Shown: positions 13,359 to 23,515 of the stretch, one piece after another
How positions within the stretch are numbered: the stretch's first letter is position 1
Layout of the letters: every line of letters begins with the position of its first letter
Assembly (NCBI GenBank): GCA_002633005.1
Contig: NMRA01000435.1
Coordinates: 186,001 to 250,000, forward strand
Origin: Phoronis australis
Lineage: Eukaryota; Animalia; Phoronida
Length of the DNA: 64,000 nucleotides
Reading direction: 5' to 3'
Program-made: the position numbers and the translations under genes
The notes under the pieces: model-generated
Told to the model about the DNA's origin: nothing
Databases searched by the model: none
What the model saw: the letters and a program-made list of their open reading frames with translations, nothing else

Positions 13359-13510
13359 TAATATCGAGACAAATTTTATGAGTTGCAAGAGGCCGAATTC
13401 CATTCTCGTTTTTTGCCAGTTATAGGAGAGAAATGCAGCTTGAACTCAATAAAGAACAATTGTTTAAGATTTAAATAGAAGGATACTGGTGACAATATGT
13501 CCCAGTCCTG

Positions 13511-13516
13511 TTTATT
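13511..13516 (-). promoter_or_regulatory. Candidate polyadenylation signal of CCDC24
   Basis: AATAAA on minus about 1.6 kb past the stop. It lies near the switch from CpG-poor to CpG-rich sequence. Other AATAAA occur near 13713 and 14383. Confidence 0.4.
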
Positions 13517-14659
13517 TACATGTTTAAATTAATCACAATTTACACAAAATATACAAAAGAAAAATCTCACACACCAAGGGCAATCGATAACAAGTAGTGT
13601 TCCTCAAAATGCCATGTAAAAGATAATAGCAATAACCTACATTCCAGTAGATAATAGACAATCACCACAAAGAACTCATTTTAACACCAGGATTGTTAGT
13701 TTGCAAATAAAACTTTATTACATAACTTTCCCATCCTCTGTGGGCGAATTGGTCATTAACTTATAATTGGCTTACAGTGATATCTGATTTCCCCCTAGGT
13801 TCAGACAACACACTCCACAAGAAATTTTCATAAGTTAGCTTCTTTTACGGCATTTTAGTCACTAGGTATTCGAGAATCTCATATTTCTTCACAATATACA
13901 GAAAATCATCTCAAAGACGCCCACAACTGAGCTTTGAAATAGATTTCTACAGCAAGAAATCTAGTTAAAATGAATCTTACAAAGGTTATAAAGAACCTAA
14001 ATTCAATAAATGTTGTAATTTTGTTAATTCCTTCAAAATTTTGTAAAACGAAAAAAGCATCAATTGAGATTTGTCAGGGAAGTTGCAAGTATTGAAATGG
14101 CCACAGGTGGCTCTGGTTGCAAGGACAAGGCCCACCCACAGAAAAGGACTCCAGAACAGTGACAGGTGCTAAGTTTTAAAGTTCTAGCACCCAATGTATT
14201 GTAATGAGAAAAAAATGAGTTTAGAGCTTCAATAAGTAGAGTTACTGATATCCAACAGACGGAAATCTGTGTCATTAATGCAAAGAGGTCACAATGCTAT
14301 TTTAGGGATTTCAAGCACTGGAAACTCCATCACTCCTAATTTGAATACAGCAAGATTGAAAAAGGGAAAAGAGCATAAAATCTTTATTTTAACTCCCTAA
14401 GTTTAAAAGGCGTATGAGAGTGAAATCATATGTTATCCACCAAACAAAGGCATGTGTTCTGCTCAAGAGTAGGTGACGTGACGCTCTATCACAACAAAAT
14501 TGCATGACACGGTAGCCCCACCTAGTGCCAGCTACTGTTTCACCTACACCATAGCCCCCCAGGTAGTGTATCCTACAACACAACTCAGTACCCACAGTTA
14601 ACCTTCCTGTCTCACTTGACTCACTCAAAGAGCTACTCCGAGGCAATAACGCCTGAGCC

Positions 14660-14770
14660 TTCAATAACTAGATGACTACCCCTACGTGGTTCACAGCACC
14701 CCCTGGCAACAACAGGTTTCAATAACTAGATGACTACCCTTCGTGGTTCGCAGCACCCCCTGGCAACAGG
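14660..14770. repeat. ~58-bp tandem duplication in the CCDC24 3' UTR
   Basis: ttcaataactagatgactaccc...cgtggttc.cagcaccccctggcaac occurs twice. Confidence 0.8.
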
Positions 14771-15158
14771 CTTAGCTAACTATCCAGCCTCATCTGATTA
14801 ACCATATCTCAACAAATTATTCCCAGTCTACATAGCCAAAAGGCGTAATAACAACTTGCCTTAGTACCTATAACATTTCACAGTGCCCTTACCAATGACG
14901 TGTCCCAACTACACTGTCTCATTTGAACACCAGTCTTTCAAGAATCAGTTCTTAGCTTTAGTTTTCAACAAGACATGTTCAAGCAACATCAGACACAGTC
15001 ACTTTTACAATGGCCTAAGCAACTTGCGTTCAAATTATCAAGCATGAACACCAATCTTTCAAGAAGAGATCCACAGAAGATATTAGTGACAGATTTCAGG
15101 GACATTACGCGACTAGGAGACAGTAGACCTGTATAGCACCCCCTTGTGAGAGCTGCTG

Positions 15159-15522
15159 CTAACTATCCTGCCGAACGTCGACGACCATTTTCCTAAACCT
15201 GGCCGCCGATCCAGTCTTGGAAGGTTTGGCAGAGGATGGCGGGGACGGAGCGGTAAAGTTCGTGACCTGTGCTGGCTCACCTTCTCGTAACTTCACACGA
15301 GCCACTGGCCGCCCATGAGCCAACGCGTTGCCACTGAGTCTGCGTGCAGGACTCTCAGCCGAGCTCTGCCGGGAGTGCACGGGGCTGGAAGGCTCAGATT
15401 TTATGACTTTTCTCAGTGAAATGTCTGAAGTGTGGCCCCTTAAAGGTGACGTCAGAGGAGGCGTGAGCTTCCTGGCAGCGCCATCTATGGGACTCAGTTT
15501 TGGCTTCATGGAAGGGTTAGAA
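15159..15522 (-). CDS. CCDC24: CCDC24 terminal coding exon (Pro/Ser-rich tail)
   Basis: ttcctttcag| acceptor; encodes SNPSMKPKLSP...AARFRKMVVDVRQDS*. Confidence 0.85.
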
Positions 15523-15839
15523 CTGAAAGGAATACATTAATAGTTTGAGCTGCTTTTTTCTCAAATTACATGCAAGAGAAAAGTTGTATTTGGACTTCAC
15601 ATGTTCCTTGAGCAAATTGAGAGATGAGCAGTACATACAAAGGCAAGGAGGAATGGTGAAAACAACATTAGTCTACTCACATGGTCCTGACACCTAGTGG
15701 AGGTTTACTGGGTGGAAGAGTATCTGTCACTAGCAATTCTTTTTCTAACAGCGTCCTTTCACGTTTGAGATCTGAAACCAAATAATACATTTCTTGGCCA
15801 TGCAATTTGATCTAAAATAAAAAAGTCACGTCTAATAAA

Positions 15840-15887
<48 letters not shown>

Positions 15888-18800
15888 AAGTTGATAATAC
15901 CGAAAAGAAGATTTGTTTGAAATGATACAGGTTGAGTTTCACTTCACGTCATTTCATATCCCATGTTTAAGCAAGACTACATGGCTTCAGCGAAAAAAAA
16001 TCTGTAATTCCAGACCACAATGGCGAGAGGAGCATTCACTCAGCAACGATGCGACCAACAAGGCCCGAAATCCAATCACTCCATCCGAACTCCAATTTCA
16101 CCTTCATTTAGATATTATCTATTGTGCTTCAGAATTAACTGAAGATAAATGTCGCAGACTTGGAACTAGCAAGCAGTACATTGTACGTGGACATGTACAT
16201 TATTTGATAAACCTTAGATTCAAGCAAGAAAATCAAGTCAAATTCAAGATTTCAAATTTGCTTACATGTGTGACTATTTTTGATTCCGGTGTGAATGGGG
16301 TGCGTATGTTCTGCGGATCTACCCCCTATGGTTAATGTTAATGACATGGATTACATTGTTCTTTTGTAACTTATGGTTGTGAATACAATAAACGTATTAA
16401 AAGTGAAAAAATGATTTCAAATTTGGAACTTAAACGTTGGGGTCATCAAATGAGAACATGGACTATTAATTAATCCATGTAAATCACAATTTACTGGACA
16501 AAAATCAAAGACAAAATACCTCAAGTTCATACTGAAGTACAAAGAAGAATACAAAATCAAGTTTAAACTAAACTCTGTAGAGAACGTTTCTTGAAAGAAA
16601 ACCCAAGACCACGCAAGCCGTGGTGAGATTCAAAACCCCTAACCACACTAGTTTTTCCCATGTCTTACATCAACAGAATGTGACCTATATCTTTAAAATA
16701 TTTTTTTAATGTTTATAATTATGAAAAATACAATGTATAATAAGAGTTAAGCCCAGAAGGTGCTAGAAACCATAATTATAACTGGGCGTAAAAAACTTAG
16801 TATCCTGCATGCCAGCTTATGCCACAACTTCATTTAGTCTATATACTGTACATGAATAACGGCGTGGAAATGTAGTTTGCAACTGCATTGACTGGTGATA
16901 TATATACATTCATATATACAGTAAAAACTCTCCATTTTGGGACAGTCTCTGAAATTTGGGACATAGAAATTCAAGCAGAAATCGAACTTTCTTGATTTTG
17001 AAGCTGGGGACATGGCCAATTTATCATATTTCTCAGATTGATTTCAGGCACTGCATTTTCGTATCAACAGTCTGAAAATAGACTTGGTAGTACATAAAAT
17101 CATCAAAAATAGCGACCGACACAACATTTTCATGTGTGCTCATATGTGCAACATTGAGGAGAATGATCGTTTGTCAATGATCGTAATTCTTGAATTTGGA
17201 GTGGCCAATATTGTCTATTTCTATTTCTAAAACTCGGTACAAGTTCTGACCTTGAGCAAAATCGCTAAATTTTTCATAGTCCCAAAGTGGAGAATTTTTA
17301 CGATATATATGTCCACCTCAGGCTTACATTAGTGAAATTCATGCTCTTACCAGATAATGTAGGTTCAGAAGGAACACTAGGCGAGTTATCTCTGAAGTCT
17401 GCTTCCTCTTCCAGGCAGCCCTGAAGGGAGAAATGAAAGTAAGCATTTGATTAGCTTGGCTTGTAAAGTGGAATTGAAATCTCCACTTTCACTGAGCTTG
17501 AAAAAACACATTGTACCAGTGACTTAGTTTTCTAAATGCCAGATCATAGCAACGAACTTCCGTGTTTCCAGCTTGTCAAATTTCCTGGTGTTCTGAGTAA
17601 AATAAGATGCAGTGCGGTGGATGGTGAGATGTCATTAATCTGCATTATGAGCAAATACGGTTAGAATTCAAGTGGCGCAGTTGGGAATATTGGAATGTTG
17701 CAAAATAGCTGTTGAAAATGTATTGTCTGCAGGTGAGGAGAGTAAAACAGGTGCTCAGAAATATTACCCATAAAAATACATGGCGATCAAAAAACCTAGG
17801 AACTAAGGAAATTTAATCCTACATAAATCTATGACAGAATGAATGTTCATAGCTCGTGCCATTACATAATATCAGGGCTTGGAATGACCAATGACAAAAA
17901 ACGCGGAAACTTTTACGGCTCAAAACATGCGCGCTACCCAGCCTTGAAATAGTCGATGTGAACCTTTCGCTGACAAAAATCGGTAGGACTAAAAAAAAAA
18001 CGTTACCCGTCTGCGTCTTTTTATCTCGTCCATCCACTCCCACCCCCACACATTTTTGGCTGCAGAGCCGTAGTATTTGTAACCGCAGTTTACAATCACA
18101 TGAGACGCCATTGAAAATCCCACCACGCTATCCCAGATGCCCCGGCAATGTTGACAATTTACGTTCCTCCGAAACATAAAGAGCAACTTCCGCTTTTCGA
18201 GGTGAACGTCGTCGGCAACGCCGCGGTAAGAAAGGAATTTGCCGCGGAAATTTTATATCAAATCCGATCTTTTTTACGCGGAAATATAATAAAATGCGCG
18301 GACAGAACATTTGAAAAAAGCGGAAATCTGCATTTCCGCAGAAAATTCCAAGCCCTGTAATATAAGTGACAGCGCAGTTACCTATTGACGATCTGTTTGA
18401 GTTTGTGGACCTAGCTTTTGAGCCCACCCTGGGTCCTTTGTCGGGGTACTGGTCTTTGTCATCAGTGGGTGGTCCTTGGTGGTTGTCCAACCCCACCTAA
18501 CAGGTTGGACAACCACCAAAACCACCCACTGATGACTGTGACATGAAGATTCCCACCAGCACCTCGACATAGGGCACAGGACGTGCTCGAAAGCTAGGTC
18601 CGCAAACAGAAACAGGTTGCCCAAAGGTAGCTACTCCATACCCTACATAAATCTAGTTAAATTTCTCCAAATTCAGGAGACTTAATCTAGGGAAGATCAT
18701 TATACAAAAATTTCACCATACAAGTCAGTTTGCACAGGATTTTCTGTTCCTTCTAAAAGAATTTTCTACAAAATGTTGTGGGATCATTCACAGTAAGCTT

Positions 18801-21800
18801 TTATGAAATTATTTCCAGTCATTTTATGACAGACAAATTGAATAGACCAAATACGATTTACAGTTGACGTGAACCAAACAAAATCCTGCTGTGACAGGAT
18901 AACTAACACAGACTATGCACTACCTGAAGAAACTGTATGTCGCTCAGCAACCAAGATATCTCTTCCTCTAACGTTTCACTGGAATACAGAATGAAAAATA
19001 TTGTTAAAGTCTCGTGCAGCCATCCGTTGGTTTATGTTTTGGCATGGAACCCATTGTTTTGTTCTTTAACACAGTGAGTTATTCCTAGTTACATATGATA
19101 ACACTACACACTGAATGGTCCTCATTGGTGACTTTGAAGGGGAACAGCGTCACTGCTGCTAACATGCATGATTTATTTCAACTTGGTTTGACCTACATAG
19201 CACAGCGTTGGACTTTGACACAGTTAAACAGTCCTGGTTTTCCCTTTCTGCCTCACATTACGTATTTTATGTTTTACTATTGGCTTGTACCTAAGTGTGT
19301 TGTGACCTTTTATGACCTGCTGCTGTTGGCCTATGTCATTTTATTTCTGCCTGAAGATGAGATATGATTGGTCTTGAAATATAGCTGTCATTTTATGTAT
19401 CGTTGATATATCTCCTGGTGATCTACTGCACAGTCGTTCTCTGAAGGATCCACATATATACCAACAGTTTGAGAGAGTGTCCATAAGGCATAACAGCTGG
19501 CAGCCAAAAACACTGTCGTGTATTCAATAAATTCTGCCAACAAGAGGGGCAGTAGCCAAACTGTTTAGAAAAGGAAGAAAAAAGCAAAACAAGGACTCAC
19601 AATAAATTTTATGTTTTACAGTCACGTAAGCAAATGCACTCCAGAAATCTATCGCGAATGTTTCGGAAGAAATGGGCAAACAGCATCATCAGGGCGGTGC
19701 TAGAGTAACAAGATCCACTCCTCGCTTATATGGTATCGAAATTNAAACTCCTATGCATAAACTATGATGTATTCGAGCACAGTCTGATAACCAATTATCT
19801 TAAGTTAGCACAAATGGAGCAGAGAAATTGCCAAAAATAGTTTCGAGTTCGTTTCGAGTACAAAGATTAGAGACCGGGCTCTGGTTTTCCCTTTCTGCCT
19901 CACATTACGTATTTTATGTTTTACTATTGGCTTGTACCCAAGTGTGTTGTGACCTTTTATGACCTGCTGCTGCCAGCCTATGTCATTTTATTTCTGCCTG
20001 AAGATGAGATATGATTGTTCTTGAAATATAGCTGTCATTTTATGTATCGTTGATATATCTCCTGGTGATCTACTGCACAGTTGTTCTCTGAAGGATCCAC
20101 ATATATACCAACAGTTTGAGAGAGTGTCCATAAGGCATAACAGCTGGCAGCCAAAAACACTGTCGTGTATTCAATAAATTCTGCCAACAAGAGGGGCAGT
20201 AGCCAAACTGTTTAGAAAAGGAAGAAAAAAGCAAAACAAAGACTCACAATAAATTTTATGTTTTACAGTCACGTAAGCAAATGCACTCCATAAATCTATC
20301 GCGAATGTTTCGGAAGAAATGGGCAAACAGCATCATCAGGGCGGTGCTAGAGTAACAAGATCCACTCCTCGCTTATATGGTATCGAAATTATCTCAGAAA
20401 CGTTCGGCAACTGATTGTCGCTGCCATCTTCATCGCTGTACATTGAGCATCACTGTAGTCAGACTGTTTAAAAAGGCTGTGACTAACAGTTGAAACTTTC
20501 TACGGTAATTTTGATTTTTTAAAGTGAAGATGCAATGTGCAATGTTTTGTTCCATGCTAATGTCCGTACTGACACGAGATTAATTGAGGTAAATGTTACC
20601 AACCGAAGATGTTGAACCACTTCATCCAACTTGAGCACATTTAGCTTGTCGTTCATGGAATCCAGCTCTTCACTCAGAGTGGAGGCAGAAGACAATCTGA
20701 AACAGCAGACAACAACATGAAGAAGCAGACGACGCTGACAAGTTTATTTAAAGAAATGTTCAAACAAAGACCAAACAATGCTTGGAAGGTTGATAAGACT
20801 TATGAAAGCCCATAGACCACTCGGGGTTATAGACATAACAATTATCCAAAAATTAGACATGAGGTACTAAGATAACTGACAAAAACAATCTGAGAAGTTT
20901 AACAGCAGGTAGTTTGATGCACAAAATTGACCAAAACAGTATGACAGTCATTAGCCAAGAAACTCAAATATTTTTTTGTATTCAATGAAAACTTACTTTT
21001 TAGTACTAAGATAATGGCTGCTGCGTTACCACTTTGCCCTAAGGGTATATTAGCAGGCCACTAGACAACAGCTCGATTTATGATCTTCAGTATGATAAAC
21101 TCTCACTACTTGCAAGACAAATGAGTACAACATCATTATCATACTTATCACTACTCGGTGTATGTCGCATTGGTGTTTCCCTGCCGTCTCGTACGCTGAA
21201 TGCAGTGGACGGTCTGGAGTTGAAATCAGCAGTCTGTGGTCCTGCAACGAAAACAAATAGGACTGAGCTTTGTGATGACGCTGTTGGGACAAAAATTGAG
21301 TAAAGTTATGCAGGACCTTAGAAAAAATGTCCAAATTGGGTAAACTTCGGAACTTCATATCACACTGAGGAATGAGTTATCGGATTCACGTGAAACTTGC
21401 AGATATTATGTTTTATGCACAATTCTCCAAAAAGCTGTTAGAAATTGTTTTTGAAAGTTCCACTTTTGAATGAGGGATGGTCAAAACTATGACTTTTATA
21501 ATATTCATGAAAAACCCAAAAGTTGCATAAATCAAAAACATTTATTTACTAAAAAGATATGGTCACATTACCCAATCAATGGCAAATTAGCAAAAAGAAA
21601 AAATCAAATTCTACAAGCTTTTTTACTGTTTTAAAATCTAGCTTTCTAGATATTTAGCTGAATTCACAGACTTGTTGCCATGGTGATAACACCATCACCT
21701 TTAACTCATGACAACCCAAGTTGTCATGCCACTTCAATTTACTATCCACATCGCTATTATAATGATAGCAATAACAACTACACCTGCTTAAATGATACAA

Positions 21801-23515
21801 CATAATAACAGTAAAAAACGTTCCTTTTTTGATGAAAAATCAATTTGTCTTTGGCAAATATCCAGGGTAAATTGTGAAACATTGCAGAGCCTATTCTATC
21901 CCCATTGAATGGCAATCAGGGTAGTGATTGTTCATGCACGATTGAATAAACAGAATCAAGCCAGGCCTGATAACACCAGATGGCGCTGTCATAAATATAA
22001 CACAATAATCCAGTGAACACAGCCAAATGTAACAAAAGACTAGCTGTAAATAGCTTACTCCAGTTTTACTACTAGCCTATTCGAGGCACACACTGTAGAA
22101 GCAACAGTTCTGTAATAGTGTCTATCACTCAACTTACTGGATCTTTCCACAGCGTACTCGATGACTTCAGTATTATGTCTGGACAGCACCATCTTGGGAT
22201 CTCTGCAACAGCCAACACGTGCTAAGCAAATAATGGAGATTAAACAATACATAAACAGGAACTCAAAGTTACATAACGCCTAACCTTGGTGATTTTTGAT
22301 ATGGAAGACTTGTATAAATACACCACAATGAAAACCAATACCTCCAACTACACATGGGCTTACAAATTACATTGAAAACAATAGCAAATAAAATAATAAC
22401 AGAAGATTTATTAACAGTAAAAGTTTTCTCCACTCTAAAGCTTGACATATGAAAATATTTCTAAATTGTTATTACAATTTTATCAAACATTAGCAAAAGG
22501 GAAGCATATGTATTGTTTGTTCAAGAATGGATAATTTTAACCATTGCTGTAAATCCATAATTAAAATAACATAATAAGCACCATTTAAACAGCAACATAT
22601 TTAATTATTAATTTTTTTCTACTGTCCAGAAAACCTTACCTCCCATTTCTTTCGGCTTTCAATTTCAAGTTTTCTACAAAAAACTTGATTTCTTGCCGCA
22701 GCCTTTCGCGTAGCTCCGGAGGTTCTGGCAAGCGATTTTTATTGACTGATTTAATGGACTCGTCGTGGACGTCCCGCCAAATTTCTAACAGAGTCTCCAC
22801 CTGGTGGTAGAAAGCAACAGAGCATATAGTGTGAGCAAAAAATGTTCAGAGGTCAGTTGCATGAAACAGTCTCAGATAGAACACAACCATGTTCCTTAAA
22901 TTCACTTTGCATCTGTGGATTTGTGCAAACATTGATTGTGCTTTATTTCGATATTTTATCTTCAATGCTAAGCCAAGTTTAGCTTTGATACATACCAAGA
23001 GTATGGTTCCAGTATTCATTTTTATACTGACGCATAAAGTTTGCTCCTCTTGAATAACCAAACCAAAAGGTTGCAGTTTAAGAACGCATGTCCAGCGGAT
23101 TCTACACCGAGTTGCATAATTTCAATCCTTAGCGAACACCACCGACTTTTAAGTCCCAGTCAAGATTATTTTCGTATCACAAACTGTTTATACTCACCTG
23201 TTTCTGTGCCATCTATTCAATACTGTCTCTCATTTTTACAACAACTGTTCATATTTTTCAGAATTTACCAGTCATCTTTGAACTTAGTTATAAGTGCCAT
23301 GTAGCTTTGTTTTAATAATTAATATAACAACACACAATCTGACTTTAACACCTAAGTACCTCTTCATGTAACTCAAGACTCTGCTCAACAAGAGATTCTC
23401 CCAGCATATTTTTGATTTCTTCTCGTTCATATTCAGGCACAAAATCACACACCAGGGACCACAGACTAACGGGGGGTTCGTAACCCCCCAGGTCACATGG
23501 TGGAGGTGAAGCCAT
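15159..23515 (-). CDS. CCDC24: Coiled-coil domain-containing protein 24; complete CDS, 9 coding exons, 383 aa
   Basis: Exons 23515-23360, 22800-22640, 22202-22138, 21241-21145, 20696-20604, 18978-18924, 17420-17351, 15771-15681 and 15522-15159 total 1152 nt, all GT-AG with matching phases. The protein reads MASPPPCDLGGYEPPVSLWSLVCDFVPEYEREEIKNMLGESLVEQSLELHEEVETLLEIW...LPEPPELRERLRQEIKFFV...DKLNVLKLDEVVQHLRETLEEEISWLLSDIQFLQGCLEEE. This matches recalled CCDC24 motifs (SLWELV..VP..ER.EVK.ILGE, SLEL, LNV..IDQV..HLR..LEEE, LQ.CLEEE). Confidence 0.9.
15681..15771 (-). CDS. CCDC24: CCDC24 coding exon 8
   Basis: Encodes DLKRERTLLEKELLVTDTLPPSKPPLGVRTI; gtgag donor. Confidence 0.85.
15841..15887. 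repeat. (TTA)n microsatellite
   Basis: About 15 perfect TTA units. Confidence 0.95.
16917..17305. mobile_element. MITE family A, full-length copy (Tc1/mariner-like, inserted in a TA run)
   Basis: TIRs tacagtaaaaactctccattttgggac / gtcccaaagtggagaatttttacgata. Internal blocks (aaaatagacttgg...aaaatcatcaaaaat; aattcttgaatttgga) recur at four other sites. Confidence 0.75.
17351..17420 (-). CDS. CCDC24: CCDC24 coding exon 7
   Basis: Encodes GCLEEEADFRDNSPSVPSEPTLS; G|gtaag donor. Confidence 0.85.
17873..18357. mobile_element. Non-autonomous DNA transposon (hAT-like) with 13-bp TIRs and a 6-bp TSD
   Basis: Ends are CAGGGCTTGGAAT ... ATTCCAAGCCCTG, with TAATAT directly on both sides. It carries repeated subterminal gcggaa motifs and no transposase ORF. 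Confidence 0.8.
18374..18634. mobile_element. Fold-back/palindromic MITE
   Basis: The whole ~260 bp is an imperfect inverted repeat. The core arms gtcatcagtgggtggtccttggtggttgtccaacc / ggttggacaaccaccaaaaccacccactgatgac surround a short loop. Confidence 0.75.
18924..18978 (-). CDS. CCDC24: CCDC24 coding exon 6
   Basis: Encodes ETLEEEISWLLSDIQFLQ; CAG|gtag donor. Confidence 0.85.
19234..20390. repeat. 510-bp direct duplication (19234-19743 and 19881-20390) across an N join
   Basis: The copies are near-identical, with about 8 substitutions counted by eye. The first copy ends exactly at the N at 19744. Confidence 0.9.
20604..20696 (-). CDS. CCDC24: CCDC24 coding exon 5
   Basis: Encodes LSSASTLSEELDSMNDKLNVLKLDEVVQHLR. 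Confidence 0.85.
21145..21241 (-). CDS. CCDC24: CCDC24 coding exon 4
   Basis: Encodes PQTADFNSRPSTAFSVRDGRETPMRHTPSSDK; phases fit both neighbours. Confidence 0.8.
21320..21660. mobile_element. Interspersed repeat family E copy (related copy at about 58370-58590)
   Basis: Shared blocks ccaaatt.gg..aacttcggaa..tcatatc and ggatt.ac.tgaaac.t...gatattatg. Confidence 0.5.
22138..22202 (-). CDS. CCDC24: CCDC24 coding exon 3
   Basis: Encodes DPKMVLSRHNTEVIEYAVERS; gtaagt donor. Confidence 0.85.
22640..22800 (-). CDS. CCDC24: CCDC24 coding exon 2
   Basis: Encodes VETLLEIWRDVH...KAERNGR; AG|gtaag donor. Confidence 0.88.
23360..23515 (-). CDS. CCDC24: CCDC24 coding exon 1
   Basis: accATGG start; in-frame TAG upstream; GAG|gtactt donor; acceptor at 23573-23574, so the exon includes 5' UTR. 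Confidence 0.88.

Noticed and set aside
21674-21687. RFX X-box-like GTTGCCATGGTGAT in a CCDC24 intron
   Set aside because: It is an imperfect half-match at the edge of an interspersed repeat and away from the presumed promoter.
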